Assembly: GCA_022571985.1 (NCBI GenBank)
Contig: JACZWU010000010.1
Coordinates: 4,322 to 68,321, forward strand
Source of the DNA: Candidatus Zixiibacteriota bacterium
GTDB lineage: Bacteria; Zixibacteria; MSB-5A5; GN15; FEB-12
Direction of reading: 5' to 3'
Length of the DNA stretch: 64,000 nucleotides
Shown here one piece after another: positions 28,066 through 36,500 of this stretch. A model generated the notes under the pieces. That model made no database searches and was not told the origin of the DNA. It saw nothing but the letters and a program-made list of their open reading frames with translations. The translations under genes and the position numbers were made by a program. Position 1 is the stretch's first letter; each line of letters starts with the position of its first letter.

Positions 28066-29230
28066 TTGTTACCTGCTTAGTTGTTCCATACAATCGCTTG
28101 AAGCCAACTATCACATTCTCATTTGACATTATCAAGTCGGTAGCTAGTTCAGTGTCACCCTGCAAGATATACCATGCATTACAAAACGCAACAACAAATG
28201 CTCTTGCTAGAGGGAAATCCTTTGCGACAAAACTTTTTGAAAAAAACAAAATGTAATCGAGACGAGATGTACTCTCAATTGACGCTGACGGTTCCAGATA
28301 GTCGATAAAAACTGAAGTCAGCGGCTCCCACGAGACTATATGCGCCTCGTTTGGTAACGCTCTGATAATTTTCTGATGTTCGATTTTCTCAGCTACTTCT
28401 ATCTTTACTTTTCTGGGATTCAAGTTTCTTTTCATAATTTTTCGATAGATGTCTGCTTGTGCGCTTGTTCCCTCTTGAGCAAAGTATATTCCTGAGTTAC
28501 GCTCTCGACGCTTATTCATTTGAGAATGTGAAAAGATGGGAGTTTCTCCGGGTGGAATCATCATAACCGGAACGGCATCACCAAACTGCTTTGGATTATT
28601 GAGAACTTTGGCAGCTTGTATTTCTGAGCCGATAAATACATCAACATCTTCAATTCTCCTCTCAACCCTATTTACACCTTCCATGGTTGTAAACTGATAT
28701 CGCAAATCTAATATGTAACCAAGTACATCTCGCATGTAAGAAACTATTGATACAAAAGTGAGAAGCGGGAAAGGACAATAAATTTTAATCTCTTTTTCTC
28801 TAAGATGCTTCTCAACCGATGCCAAGTTTAGACCGCTCAATTCTGACCAACTCAAGGGGAAGTTCTCTTGAGATAATTGTAAGTTCCTTACTCCACGCGT
28901 CGTTATACGCTCCTTGAAAATGGGATCTTGAAGCAAGGGTTGGTATGTAATCATTGATTTCATATTTGGAGTGGACGAGGAGAGTTGCTTCTGTAAAGTA
29001 CGAAAGAAAATTTGCCTCAATCTTTCACTATACTGATCGAAGTAGGAATCTTCCTCGGGGATAATACTGCCCGTTGATATGGAATTATTTGATTCGAATG
29101 TATTCTCGTATATCTCAGTCTCCAAAGCCGTTTTTTGTCTCATATGGCTACCGATGTCTATTATTCCATCTTTATACTGTTTGTCCAGTAATCTGAGCTT
29201 GCGTTTTAGCCTTATAATGAGGTAGGACAT
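28046..29230 (-). CDS. Cytoplasmic protein: N-terminal coiled coil plus C-terminal type-2 periplasmic-binding-protein (NMT1/SsuA)-like domain
   Basis: AGGAGA RBS 4 nt before the ATG, and no signal peptide. The C-terminal ~240 aa (…EDVDVFIGSEIQAAKVLNNP…IYFAQEGTSAQADIY…AHIVSWEPLTS…LDYILFFSKSFVAKD…) is paralogous to the C-terminal domain of 29533..31410. Confidence 0.65.
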   Translation of the reverse strand: MSYLIIRLKRKLRLLDKQYKDGIIDIGSHMRQKTALETEIYENTFESNNSISTGSIIPEEDSYFDQYSERLRQIFFRTLQKQLSSSTPNMKSMITYQPLLQDPIFKERITTRGVRNLQLSQENFPLSWSELSGLNLASVEKHLREKEIKIYCPFPLLTFVSIVSYMRDVLGYILDLRYQFTTMEGVNRVERRIEDVDVFIGSEIQAAKVLNNPKQFGDAVPVMMIPPGETPIFSHSQMNKRRERNSGIYFAQEGTSAQADIYRKIMKRNLNPRKVKIEVAEKIEHQKIIRALPNEAHIVSWEPLTSVFIDYLEPSASIESTSRLDYILFFSKSFVAKDFPLARAFVVAFCNAWYILQGDTELATDLIMSNENVIVGFKRLYGTTKQVTNESSTS

Positions 29231-29532
29231 CTGTTCTCCTGAGTAAAGTTGCGGTTTGCAGTGACCTTGGTAATGGCTTTTCGTAGAAATATATACATGT
29301 TTTTTCTCATTTTAGCAACCGACTTTCGTTTAGAGAGCCTTTAGTTCGAGTCTAGTTAACCTTCGATGGTTGCATATTTGTATATTATATGTTATGCTCC
29401 GAAGATAAAAAGAAACTATCTATATCTACAATGAGTAATTTGGTTCGAAATTGATAGCTAAATCTTTGGCATAATGAGAATTGTCATCAAATCGATACTA
29501 ATTGGAAAAGCTAATTTTCATCGAGAGGTAAT

Positions 29533-31410
29533 GTGAATACAAATATAGAAGTAATTAAGGGGCTCGTCCTATCGGATCCGTTCATGATTGCATCCTCTCA
29601 TTGGACATCTACTGAAGCTGCGTTTCGAAGATTGGCCAAAGTGGCGCCAGCGGCCTTGACTCTCAAAACTACTTCAATACTAAATGGAGGGGACGGAAAG
29701 GATAAGCCAGGACTGAGCAGAACTAGTGAATGGTTGATTGACTCTGTTGGGAATAATTTTGGGAAGTTCCACGACGGACCTAGGACTTTGGAATTCTGGG
29801 ATATTGCAACGACATTTAATATGACAACGCATGCAAGGAGCATTCTGCCCAAAAATTGTAAGATCGGGCTCAGTGTCTTGCAGTTAGAGGACTACCCGAT
29901 GATCCTTAACGGTCTCAATATCGGCAACTATGATTTTGTTGAGCTTAATGGCAAATTTGCGTTTAGACCAATCAGCCAGTTTGTTGAATCGGGGTTGGAG
30001 AGAATCATTGCTGACATTGAATTATTTCTTGAGGAGTTTTCTGACCTACCTATTCTTTATAAGCTTCCACGTGAGGCGGTAGTACTTATAGGAACTGATC
30101 AATTTAAGAAATTGGTCAGCATAATATCTTCAGCGAATGCAGGAATTATTGTCGCCAATTCGATGAAGTGTTTAGTACCGCCTTCCCTTCTGCGCAAGAA
30201 CCGAAACAGTCAGTTGGACGGAGTGGTCGTGGGTGAGCAACTATTCCTTGAAACTTACAATATGGTTAATTCCGTCATAAATGATGACTATGATGGACAA
30301 TTATCACCCTCAGTCGTTGCTTCTGGCGGTGTATGTAACATAGGAGAGGTTCTTGATCTCTTTTCTGTTGGTGCAAAATCAATCCAATTGTGCACAGCTC
30401 TGGACACGTTCGGTCCAGAAATTGTGATGTGGTTTAGGGAACAATTAGACAAGATCTGTGAAAACCTAGGCCAGTTTCCGAGCCTAATCACCGACCTCAA
30501 ATCAGATAGCTCAACACACATTCGAGCCGCGCAAATGGCCAAAGAGTATAAATTCGATCACTTAAGAACGGTAGAGAAGGTCCTAATGGATAAAGGGAAG
30601 ATGCAAAATGCTTTTGCATATTCTCTTATGAAGGAATGCGTTGAAAGCCCTATTCCGGAACCGAGTGATGAGAAGGAGGATCTGCCCAATGATGTAGAGA
30701 TGGCCGTTATAGCAGGAAACGTATCTTCATTTCTAATCAGCATACGTTGTGTGATGAAATTCAATTTAGTCTCAAAGGAATTTGCTTCAACAACCTTTTG
30801 GCTCGAGTACCTAAAGCGAAGAGGTAACAGCTTCGATTTTGCTATTGTACCAAGATCATCACTCAAATACTTGGAAACAAATCCCGAAGCAGTAGATGAC
30901 AAAAATACTCCGATAGAATTAATTGTTGTCGCAAAATCCGTATACGAGCTGGTAGGCATGAAAGGCATGAAAATTGACACTCTTGAGACAGTGTACCGTT
31001 TTGACGGAACAAGCTCCAGGCATGCATTCGATTGTTTCTTGCAGGAGCAAAGCCCAATTCGTACTGCACTAATCAGTTCAAAAGAAAAGCTGTTGCCACT
31101 CTTTAAATTTTGGCATGATTCGTCTGCAATATTGATAAAGCCTCCACTGAGTCAAATTTACGGAATGCTCGGTAAACCAAATCTACTAGACAATTGGGAG
31201 AGCTGTTGGAGCACGGAAGAAGATCTTGTACTTGTGACATCAAAAAATTTGCTTAAGAGAGACGAAAATGGCAGTATACGTAAGAATATGATTAATGTGA
31301 TATTAACAGAAAAAAACGATTTGGCATCCAGACCTGATGTTGGAGCCAAAGAACTTATTAACATGGGTTTTCTAAACTATTGCCGGAATCTGTTGTATAA
31401 ATCTAGTTGA
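29533..31410 (+). CDS. Fusion protein: dihydroorotate-dehydrogenase-family TIM barrel (aa ~1-335) plus PBP (NMT1/SsuA)-like domain (aa ~395-625)
   Basis: GTG start with GAGAGG RBS. DHODH-like blocks: GLVLSDPFMIASS, ALTLKTTS, LIDSVGNNFG, DFVELNG, PILYKLP, IIVANS, VVASGGVCNIGEVLDLFSVGAKSIQLCTAL. The C-terminal domain carries …SFDFAIVPRSSLKYLETNP…VYRFDGTSSRHAF…AILIKPPLS…EDLVLVTSKNLLKRD…. Confidence 0.7.
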   Translation: MNTNIEVIKGLVLSDPFMIASSHWTSTEAAFRRLAKVAPAALTLKTTSILNGGDGKDKPGLSRTSEWLIDSVGNNFGKFHDGPRTLEFWDIATTFNMTTHARSILPKNCKIGLSVLQLEDYPMILNGLNIGNYDFVELNGKFAFRPISQFVESGLERIIADIELFLEEFSDLPILYKLPREAVVLIGTDQFKKLVSIISSANAGIIVANSMKCLVPPSLLRKNRNSQLDGVVVGEQLFLETYNMVNSVINDDYDGQLSPSVVASGGVCNIGEVLDLFSVGAKSIQLCTALDTFGPEIVMWFREQLDKICENLGQFPSLITDLKSDSSTHIRAAQMAKEYKFDHLRTVEKVLMDKGKMQNAFAYSLMKECVESPIPEPSDEKEDLPNDVEMAVIAGNVSSFLISIRCVMKFNLVSKEFASTTFWLEYLKRRGNSFDFAIVPRSSLKYLETNPEAVDDKNTPIELIVVAKSVYELVGMKGMKIDTLETVYRFDGTSSRHAFDCFLQEQSPIRTALISSKEKLLPLFKFWHDSSAILIKPPLSQIYGMLGKPNLLDNWESCWSTEEDLVLVTSKNLLKRDENGSIRKNMINVILTEKNDLASRPDVGAKELINMGFLNYCRNLLYKSS

Positions 31411-31444
31411 ACCCTTTCTCAAGATTTCTTAGTCTGAATTATGT

Positions 31445-32263
31445 ATGCATAGTGTTGACAAAATCATATCTGAGTTTGATGGAAGGATAGAACAAGTCCA
31501 AGAACTGTTTCGTGACTTTTGTGAGAGTACGTGCATAAAAGACTTGTTAAAAGGAGTGCCTTGCTGGGCCATCGTAGGGGGGGCAGTGCGTGATAATCTT
31601 ATTGCCAGAGAGATTGCACAGAATGTGGAGACTCTTTCTTCTATCTGGGCAGACCTAGATATTTGCATTCCTGTTGCAATTTCAGAGGTTTCTGGGATAC
31701 GATATCTTTCTCGAAGTCAGAGGTTTGATATTCGCCAAAACACTTTTGGCGGCACCAAAATTATTGATAAAGAGTTAGGATGCATTGACTTATGGACTTG
31801 GGAAGAACCTGGAACACATTCCTGTACAGTTCAAGATTGGCGTATTCGCATTTCGAAAGTTGATTTCGGAATAAATAGCGTTGCTTTCCTTTTTCCTCAA
31901 TTAGAGATTATCTCTGATAAGCGTCTTTATCTCGATTTGAATTGTCGAGAGGTCGAGAGGCTTTCGCCGCGTTTTTTGAAACGGCACCTGCAACCGCTAC
32001 GTGCATTAGCGATAGTTGACAAGTTAAATAAGAACTTTGAGGAACAGTTCGAGTTGGGTGTATTGATACAAAGCGAACTTATATGGTTAATGCACGAGGC
32101 TGACGAGACAATCTTGAACGCATCTTTTGCTTATTTGAAGGCAAAATTAACTACTGGCAGATGGTCCCGAAATCTCATACATCATCTGGATATTGCCTCT
32201 AGTAGTCTTGGATGTAGCGAAAGATTCTCACTAAAACTCACCGAGATTAAGGCAAATCTCTAG
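31445..32263 (+). CDS. Pol-beta-superfamily nucleotidyltransferase with class-II CCA-adding/poly(A) polymerase head signature, short form
   Basis: …CWAIVGGAVRDNLI… (GGxVRD, nt 31577-31594), then …WADLDICI… (DxD, nt 31652-31660) and …NTFGGTKIIDKELGCIDLWTWEE… At 272 aa it is much shorter than canonical CCA enzymes. Confidence 0.65.
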   Translation: MHSVDKIISEFDGRIEQVQELFRDFCESTCIKDLLKGVPCWAIVGGAVRDNLIAREIAQNVETLSSIWADLDICIPVAISEVSGIRYLSRSQRFDIRQNTFGGTKIIDKELGCIDLWTWEEPGTHSCTVQDWRIRISKVDFGINSVAFLFPQLEIISDKRLYLDLNCREVERLSPRFLKRHLQPLRALAIVDKLNKNFEEQFELGVLIQSELIWLMHEADETILNASFAYLKAKLTTGRWSRNLIHHLDIASSSLGCSERFSLKLTEIKANL

Positions 32264-32648
32264 AACTCTAATTGCCATAAGTGTACAAAACATTTTGCGA
32301 TTTGATGTGCCGCAAGTGTCGAAACAGAAAGACTCCCATAGATTCATTCATGTTTTCTGATCGTGCTTCATATTGGAGTTTGATTTCATAGAACTCTCTA
32401 TCTCATTTGCATTCCTAGCACTTTTTGGCTTGCAAATATTTACCTAATATTATTATAGCACTGTTTGTGAGTTTCAAATTTTCCGAGGCTGTCCGCTACT
32501 GTCGGTAAAGAAGAAGATATTCCATATCCGGATGAAAAGTTATGAGATTGTCCTGCTGTCGGAGCTTCTAAGGCAGCTTCGAACCAAAGGTTCTAACCTT
32601 GCACTCATAACATGGCTCTTCAGTGGGTGTTACGTAGAGGCACCGAAA

Positions 32649-32670
32649 TTTGTGCCAGAATAGAGCCAAA
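32649..32670 (+). promoter_or_regulatory. Degenerate tandem TGTGCC/AGAGCC sites, 11-bp phased
   Basis: tttgtgccagaatagagccaaa has the same spacing as the perfect copies, with the second half-site matching 6/8. It lies in the 570-nt non-coding gap between the NTase gene and hsdR. Confidence 0.35.
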
Positions 32671-32833
32671 TCACATTAAGTCTTTGCCCGAATACTTGAT
32701 TTAATCCTTACTGTACCTCACAAATGAATGGAGTTTTCGTGCAACTGACTGTCATTCAACTGACCTTTGGTTCGAGTCTCGTCTATTTCTGTATTGAAAA
32801 GACCGGCACTTCCTGTCTATTCTAATTCACTAT

Positions 32834-35236
32834 TCAAACCGCTGCTCTGTTTTCATATAAATATTTTTGAAATCCAATAAATGTATCTCTGATATAATTG
32901 ATATCTCCCAACTCTCTTTTTGCATCAGTAATAGCTTTGTATTTTAGAGTCAGTAATTCTGGAAGTTTTGCAATATCAAGTTCTTTGACGCCAGATTCAA
33001 CATACTGTTCTAAAACAAAATCCAAAAACACTCTTTGTTTAGATTCATAATCCCCAAAATGTGATTTTGCGAATTCCGATCTTTGACTTCGCTTCAGAGG
33101 ATTTGTACTAAATGCCACAAAAGATAACACGTCATACAAATCACTTTCTTCTGCATGAATCATAGACTGTAAGTCTTGTAACTGACTTTGAGTAAATCCG
33201 GCTTCATTTAATTCTTGTAAGAGCTTTTTCCGTGTGTCAGGTTTGCTCCAAATAGCTCTTAATTCAGCTTCGCTCTTGAAGAAATCGGGCAAAGAACCAA
33301 ACATTGATTGTAAAAATTCTTCGGCTGAAATTGGCTTCCCATCCGGACTATAAAAAAGAGTCTGTACCATAGAATCCAACTCACGCACTTTGCCATCAGA
33401 CAGCTTCACTTTTATCATTATTGGCCCTGTAACTTTATCACAGATACAGGGCGCTTTTCCGCATATTGAACATCGTTCAGTAGGAGGCTTTTCACATACG
33501 CAGGGAGTCTGTTCACATTTTTTGCATTCCTTCGGTGCTGGACCTTCGCAGACACAGACAACCTCACCACAAGTTTCGCAGGGCAGAGCATCTCCATCCC
33601 ATTCAGGATCCAAGAAGTGTTTATGTGCACCCACGAAATCATATAGTGTAAAATAATCCTTACCGTCAAACAGGCGAGTACCTCGACCAATGATCTGCTT
33701 GAACTCTATCATAGTATTTACCGAGCGCATGAGAACAATATTCTTAAGCTCCGGGGCATCTACACCAGTGCTCAGTTTTTGAGATGTGGTAAGCACAGTA
33801 GGAATAGTTTTTTCATTATTCTGAAAATCCCGTAAATGCTGATTTCCCAATTCTCCCTCGTTTGCCGTCACTCTCTGACAGTAGCTTGAATCCGTGCTGT
33901 CAGCATGTTGGTTGATCAAATCCCTAACGGCAAGAGCGTGAAGTTGGGTGTCACAAAATACAATTGTTTTTTCATTTTGATTCATCATTTTCAAAAACAA
34001 CTTTACTCTATATTCCTCCCGTTCCTTTATCTCGATTACACGGTTAATCTCGGCCTCAGTATAGATTCTGCCTTCTTCAATCTCACCTTCAAGCACAGTA
34101 TCATCAGGGGTATAGACGTATTCATCAGCCGTAGTACTAATCTGCTTCACTCTAAACGGTGTCAGGAAGCCGTCATTTATGCCTTCTTTAAGAGAATAGA
34201 TGTAAACAGGTTCGCCGAAGTACTGATAAGTATCAATATTCTTATCCCGCTTGGGTGTCGCTGTGAGACCTATCTGTACTGCCGGGCTAAAATATTCCAT
34301 GATAGCTCGCCAGGTGCTTTCATCATTTGCCCCACCACGATGGCACTCATCGATCACAATAAGATCGAAATAGTCCTTAGGGTATTCGCCAAAATAAGGT
34401 TCGCCATTGTCTCCGCTCATAAAGCTTTGGAAAATTGTAAAGAAAACAGAACCGTTGGTTGGCACCTTGCCTTTTTTGCGGATGTCTGCCGGACGGATTC
34501 GCACCAAAGCATCTTCTTCAAAGGCTGAGAACGCATTGAATGCTTGATCTGCTAAGATATTTCTATCGGCCAAGAACAGAATTCGGGGTGTTCTCTGTCC
34601 ATCTCTTCGCAGGTTCCATCTACTATGAAATAATTTCCAAGCTATTTGAAATGCGATAGCGGTTTTACCTGTACCGGTGGCAAGGGTGAGAAGTATGCGG
34701 TTTTCACCTTTTGCTATTGACTCTAACGCTCTGGTGATGGCATTTTCTTGATAATAGCGGGGTTGCCATGTTCCGCTTCGGGTTTCAAAAGGTGTCTCAT
34801 GAAATTTATCCCGCCACTCGCCAGCTTCCTTGTTTACGCTATCTTCTTCAGCAAAGGTCATCTCCCACAATTCATCGGGACTTGGGAAATGATCCACATC
34901 CCCTTCTTTGCCTTTCTGCATATCGATACCGTAAATCTTCAACCCGTTACTGCTGTAGGTGTAGCGAACCTGTAACCTACCAGCGTAGTCCTTGGCTTGC
35001 CCAACACCTTCTGTATAATGCTTTTCGTCTGACTTTGCTTCAATAACAGCGAGATTACGATTGCGGTATTGCAAGACATAATCGGCAGAATCGGGTTTAC
35101 TACGTTTACCGTGACCGATTAGGCGACCTTTTGAGATAGGGAATTCCATGCGGATACGACTGCCATTTACTACTCCCCATCCGGCTTTTCTTAACGCCGG
35201 GTCAATATAGGTGGCTTTGGTTTCTGCTTCGTTCAT
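32834..35236 (-). CDS. hsdR: Type I restriction enzyme R subunit (EcoEI-like architecture with C-terminal helical domain)
   Basis: N-terminus MNEAETKATYIDPALRKAGW is the HsdR_N nuclease domain. SF2 motifs present: LTLATGTGKT (Walker A), IVIDECHRG (DEAH-like), LTATP, and QIIGRGTR (motif VI). Confidence 0.92.
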   Translation of the reverse strand: MNEAETKATYIDPALRKAGWGVVNGSRIRMEFPISKGRLIGHGKRSKPDSADYVLQYRNRNLAVIEAKSDEKHYTEGVGQAKDYAGRLQVRYTYSSNGLKIYGIDMQKGKEGDVDHFPSPDELWEMTFAEEDSVNKEAGEWRDKFHETPFETRSGTWQPRYYQENAITRALESIAKGENRILLTLATGTGKTAIAFQIAWKLFHSRWNLRRDGQRTPRILFLADRNILADQAFNAFSAFEEDALVRIRPADIRKKGKVPTNGSVFFTIFQSFMSGDNGEPYFGEYPKDYFDLIVIDECHRGGANDESTWRAIMEYFSPAVQIGLTATPKRDKNIDTYQYFGEPVYIYSLKEGINDGFLTPFRVKQISTTADEYVYTPDDTVLEGEIEEGRIYTEAEINRVIEIKEREEYRVKLFLKMMNQNEKTIVFCDTQLHALAVRDLINQHADSTDSSYCQRVTANEGELGNQHLRDFQNNEKTIPTVLTTSQKLSTGVDAPELKNIVLMRSVNTMIEFKQIIGRGTRLFDGKDYFTLYDFVGAHKHFLDPEWDGDALPCETCGEVVCVCEGPAPKECKKCEQTPCVCEKPPTERCSICGKAPCICDKVTGPIMIKVKLSDGKVRELDSMVQTLFYSPDGKPISAEEFLQSMFGSLPDFFKSEAELRAIWSKPDTRKKLLQELNEAGFTQSQLQDLQSMIHAEESDLYDVLSFVAFSTNPLKRSQRSEFAKSHFGDYESKQRVFLDFVLEQYVESGVKELDIAKLPELLTLKYKAITDAKRELGDINYIRDTFIGFQKYLYENRAAV

Positions 35237-35245
35237 TTTCTATTC

Positions 35246-36451
35246 TTATGCGGCCTTTTCTTCTGTCTCTGTAAGTTCGCCGTTGAATGCTTTATGCAGG
35301 ATGGACTTCTTGAGTTCGTCCAAAGAGTCAAATTCCTGTCGGTACTTTGATTCGAGAGATTGAGTTTGCTCATTCAAATCGTCAAGTTGAGCAACCATTG
35401 TTTTTTGGTTAAAAATATCGGCAGGATAACTGACGGCAAAGCCCTTGATCTGTTCTTTTGTTATTGCTTGGCGAGTGGCACCTTGCTCACCGATACCCAA
35501 CAGTAAATCTTTGTTGTCATCTGATATTAGCGAATAGTGCAAATACTTTGAGGTCATAATTTCCGGCTTCACTCTAATTATTGAAACATGTTGGTTAACT
35601 CTTGCGGGTAAGTATTCCTTGGGGACAACACAGCATCTTGCTACCGATGCTCCTGTAATATTCAATAATACATCACCCATTTTAACTTCGACGTTATCTA
35701 ATTTTGATGCTTGTTCATCATCAATGAATACAAGATTTCTTTTCCGAAATCCATCATCGTAAACATTGAGACTTCTAATTAAAGGAACCCCTGATTCTTT
35801 ATAAGATGTTTTACCACCTCTTGGAGTTGCGCCACTGCCAATTTTCGTTGTCAGTTCGTCCAACTTGTTCTCAACCCACCCGTCGCCTTTTTGGGCTAAG
35901 ATTTGGTTCAGTTGGCTTTGGAAGAGGTCTTTGGCGTTTTGGGTGTTGCGTTCTACGTTTGCTTTGGCCTTGTCGATTGCTTCGAAACAAATGTCTAATA
36001 TGGCAACTATGCGCTCTTGTTCAGGTAGGGGTGGGACGGGGATAGGAATACTTCCTATCTGAGCTTTATTAATCGAATTGAATACGGCGCCTACATTGCC
36101 ATCTATTTCATTCTCATGCTTCAAAAGGAAATTGAACAGAAATTCTTTATCAATTGATTTACTCGCTCTTATTGAGGCAAGTCCCCTTCCAATGCATATA
36201 TGTTGTTTTGAGAAGTTTACTGGTCCAACAGGTGCACGTACAGACATCAAAATGTCGCCTTCAAATGCTTCCTTTGTAATTCGGGATGTCCAAGTATTGG
36301 GATCACCTATATACTTGTCCGTAAACTGTTTTTTTCCTTGATAAAAGGGTAATCCTATTCCTTCCGAATTGTAGAATTTGCTCGCTGGCGATTGTCCTGC
36401 AATTACTTCACAAACTTCGCCTAATTGCCTCATTTCCCAACCCTGTTTCAT
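35246..36451 (-). CDS. hsdS: Type I R-M specificity subunit, copy 2 (two TRDs plus two conserved regions)
   Basis: 401 aa. Central conserved region: …LPEQERIVAILDICFEAIDKAKANVERNTQNAKDLFQSQLNQIL…. C-terminal conserved region: …LESKYRQEFDSLDELKKSILHKAFNGEL…. Confidence 0.9.
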   Translation of the reverse strand: MKQGWEMRQLGEVCEVIAGQSPASKFYNSEGIGLPFYQGKKQFTDKYIGDPNTWTSRITKEAFEGDILMSVRAPVGPVNFSKQHICIGRGLASIRASKSIDKEFLFNFLLKHENEIDGNVGAVFNSINKAQIGSIPIPVPPLPEQERIVAILDICFEAIDKAKANVERNTQNAKDLFQSQLNQILAQKGDGWVENKLDELTTKIGSGATPRGGKTSYKESGVPLIRSLNVYDDGFRKRNLVFIDDEQASKLDNVEVKMGDVLLNITGASVARCCVVPKEYLPARVNQHVSIIRVKPEIMTSKYLHYSLISDDNKDLLLGIGEQGATRQAITKEQIKGFAVSYPADIFNQKTMVAQLDDLNEQTQSLESKYRQEFDSLDELKKSILHKAFNGELTETEEKAA

Positions 36452-36500
36452 TTGTGCTCAATTCGCTTGCCGAAAATAGTGGGTTGACTGAAACTAATAC

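Noticed and set aside
32560-32800. tRNA-like snippets (ggttcgagtc at about 32770 and ggttcgaagc on the minus strand at about 32575).
   Set aside because: The flanking bases cannot form a T-stem or acceptor stem. There is only a chance match to the T-loop consensus.
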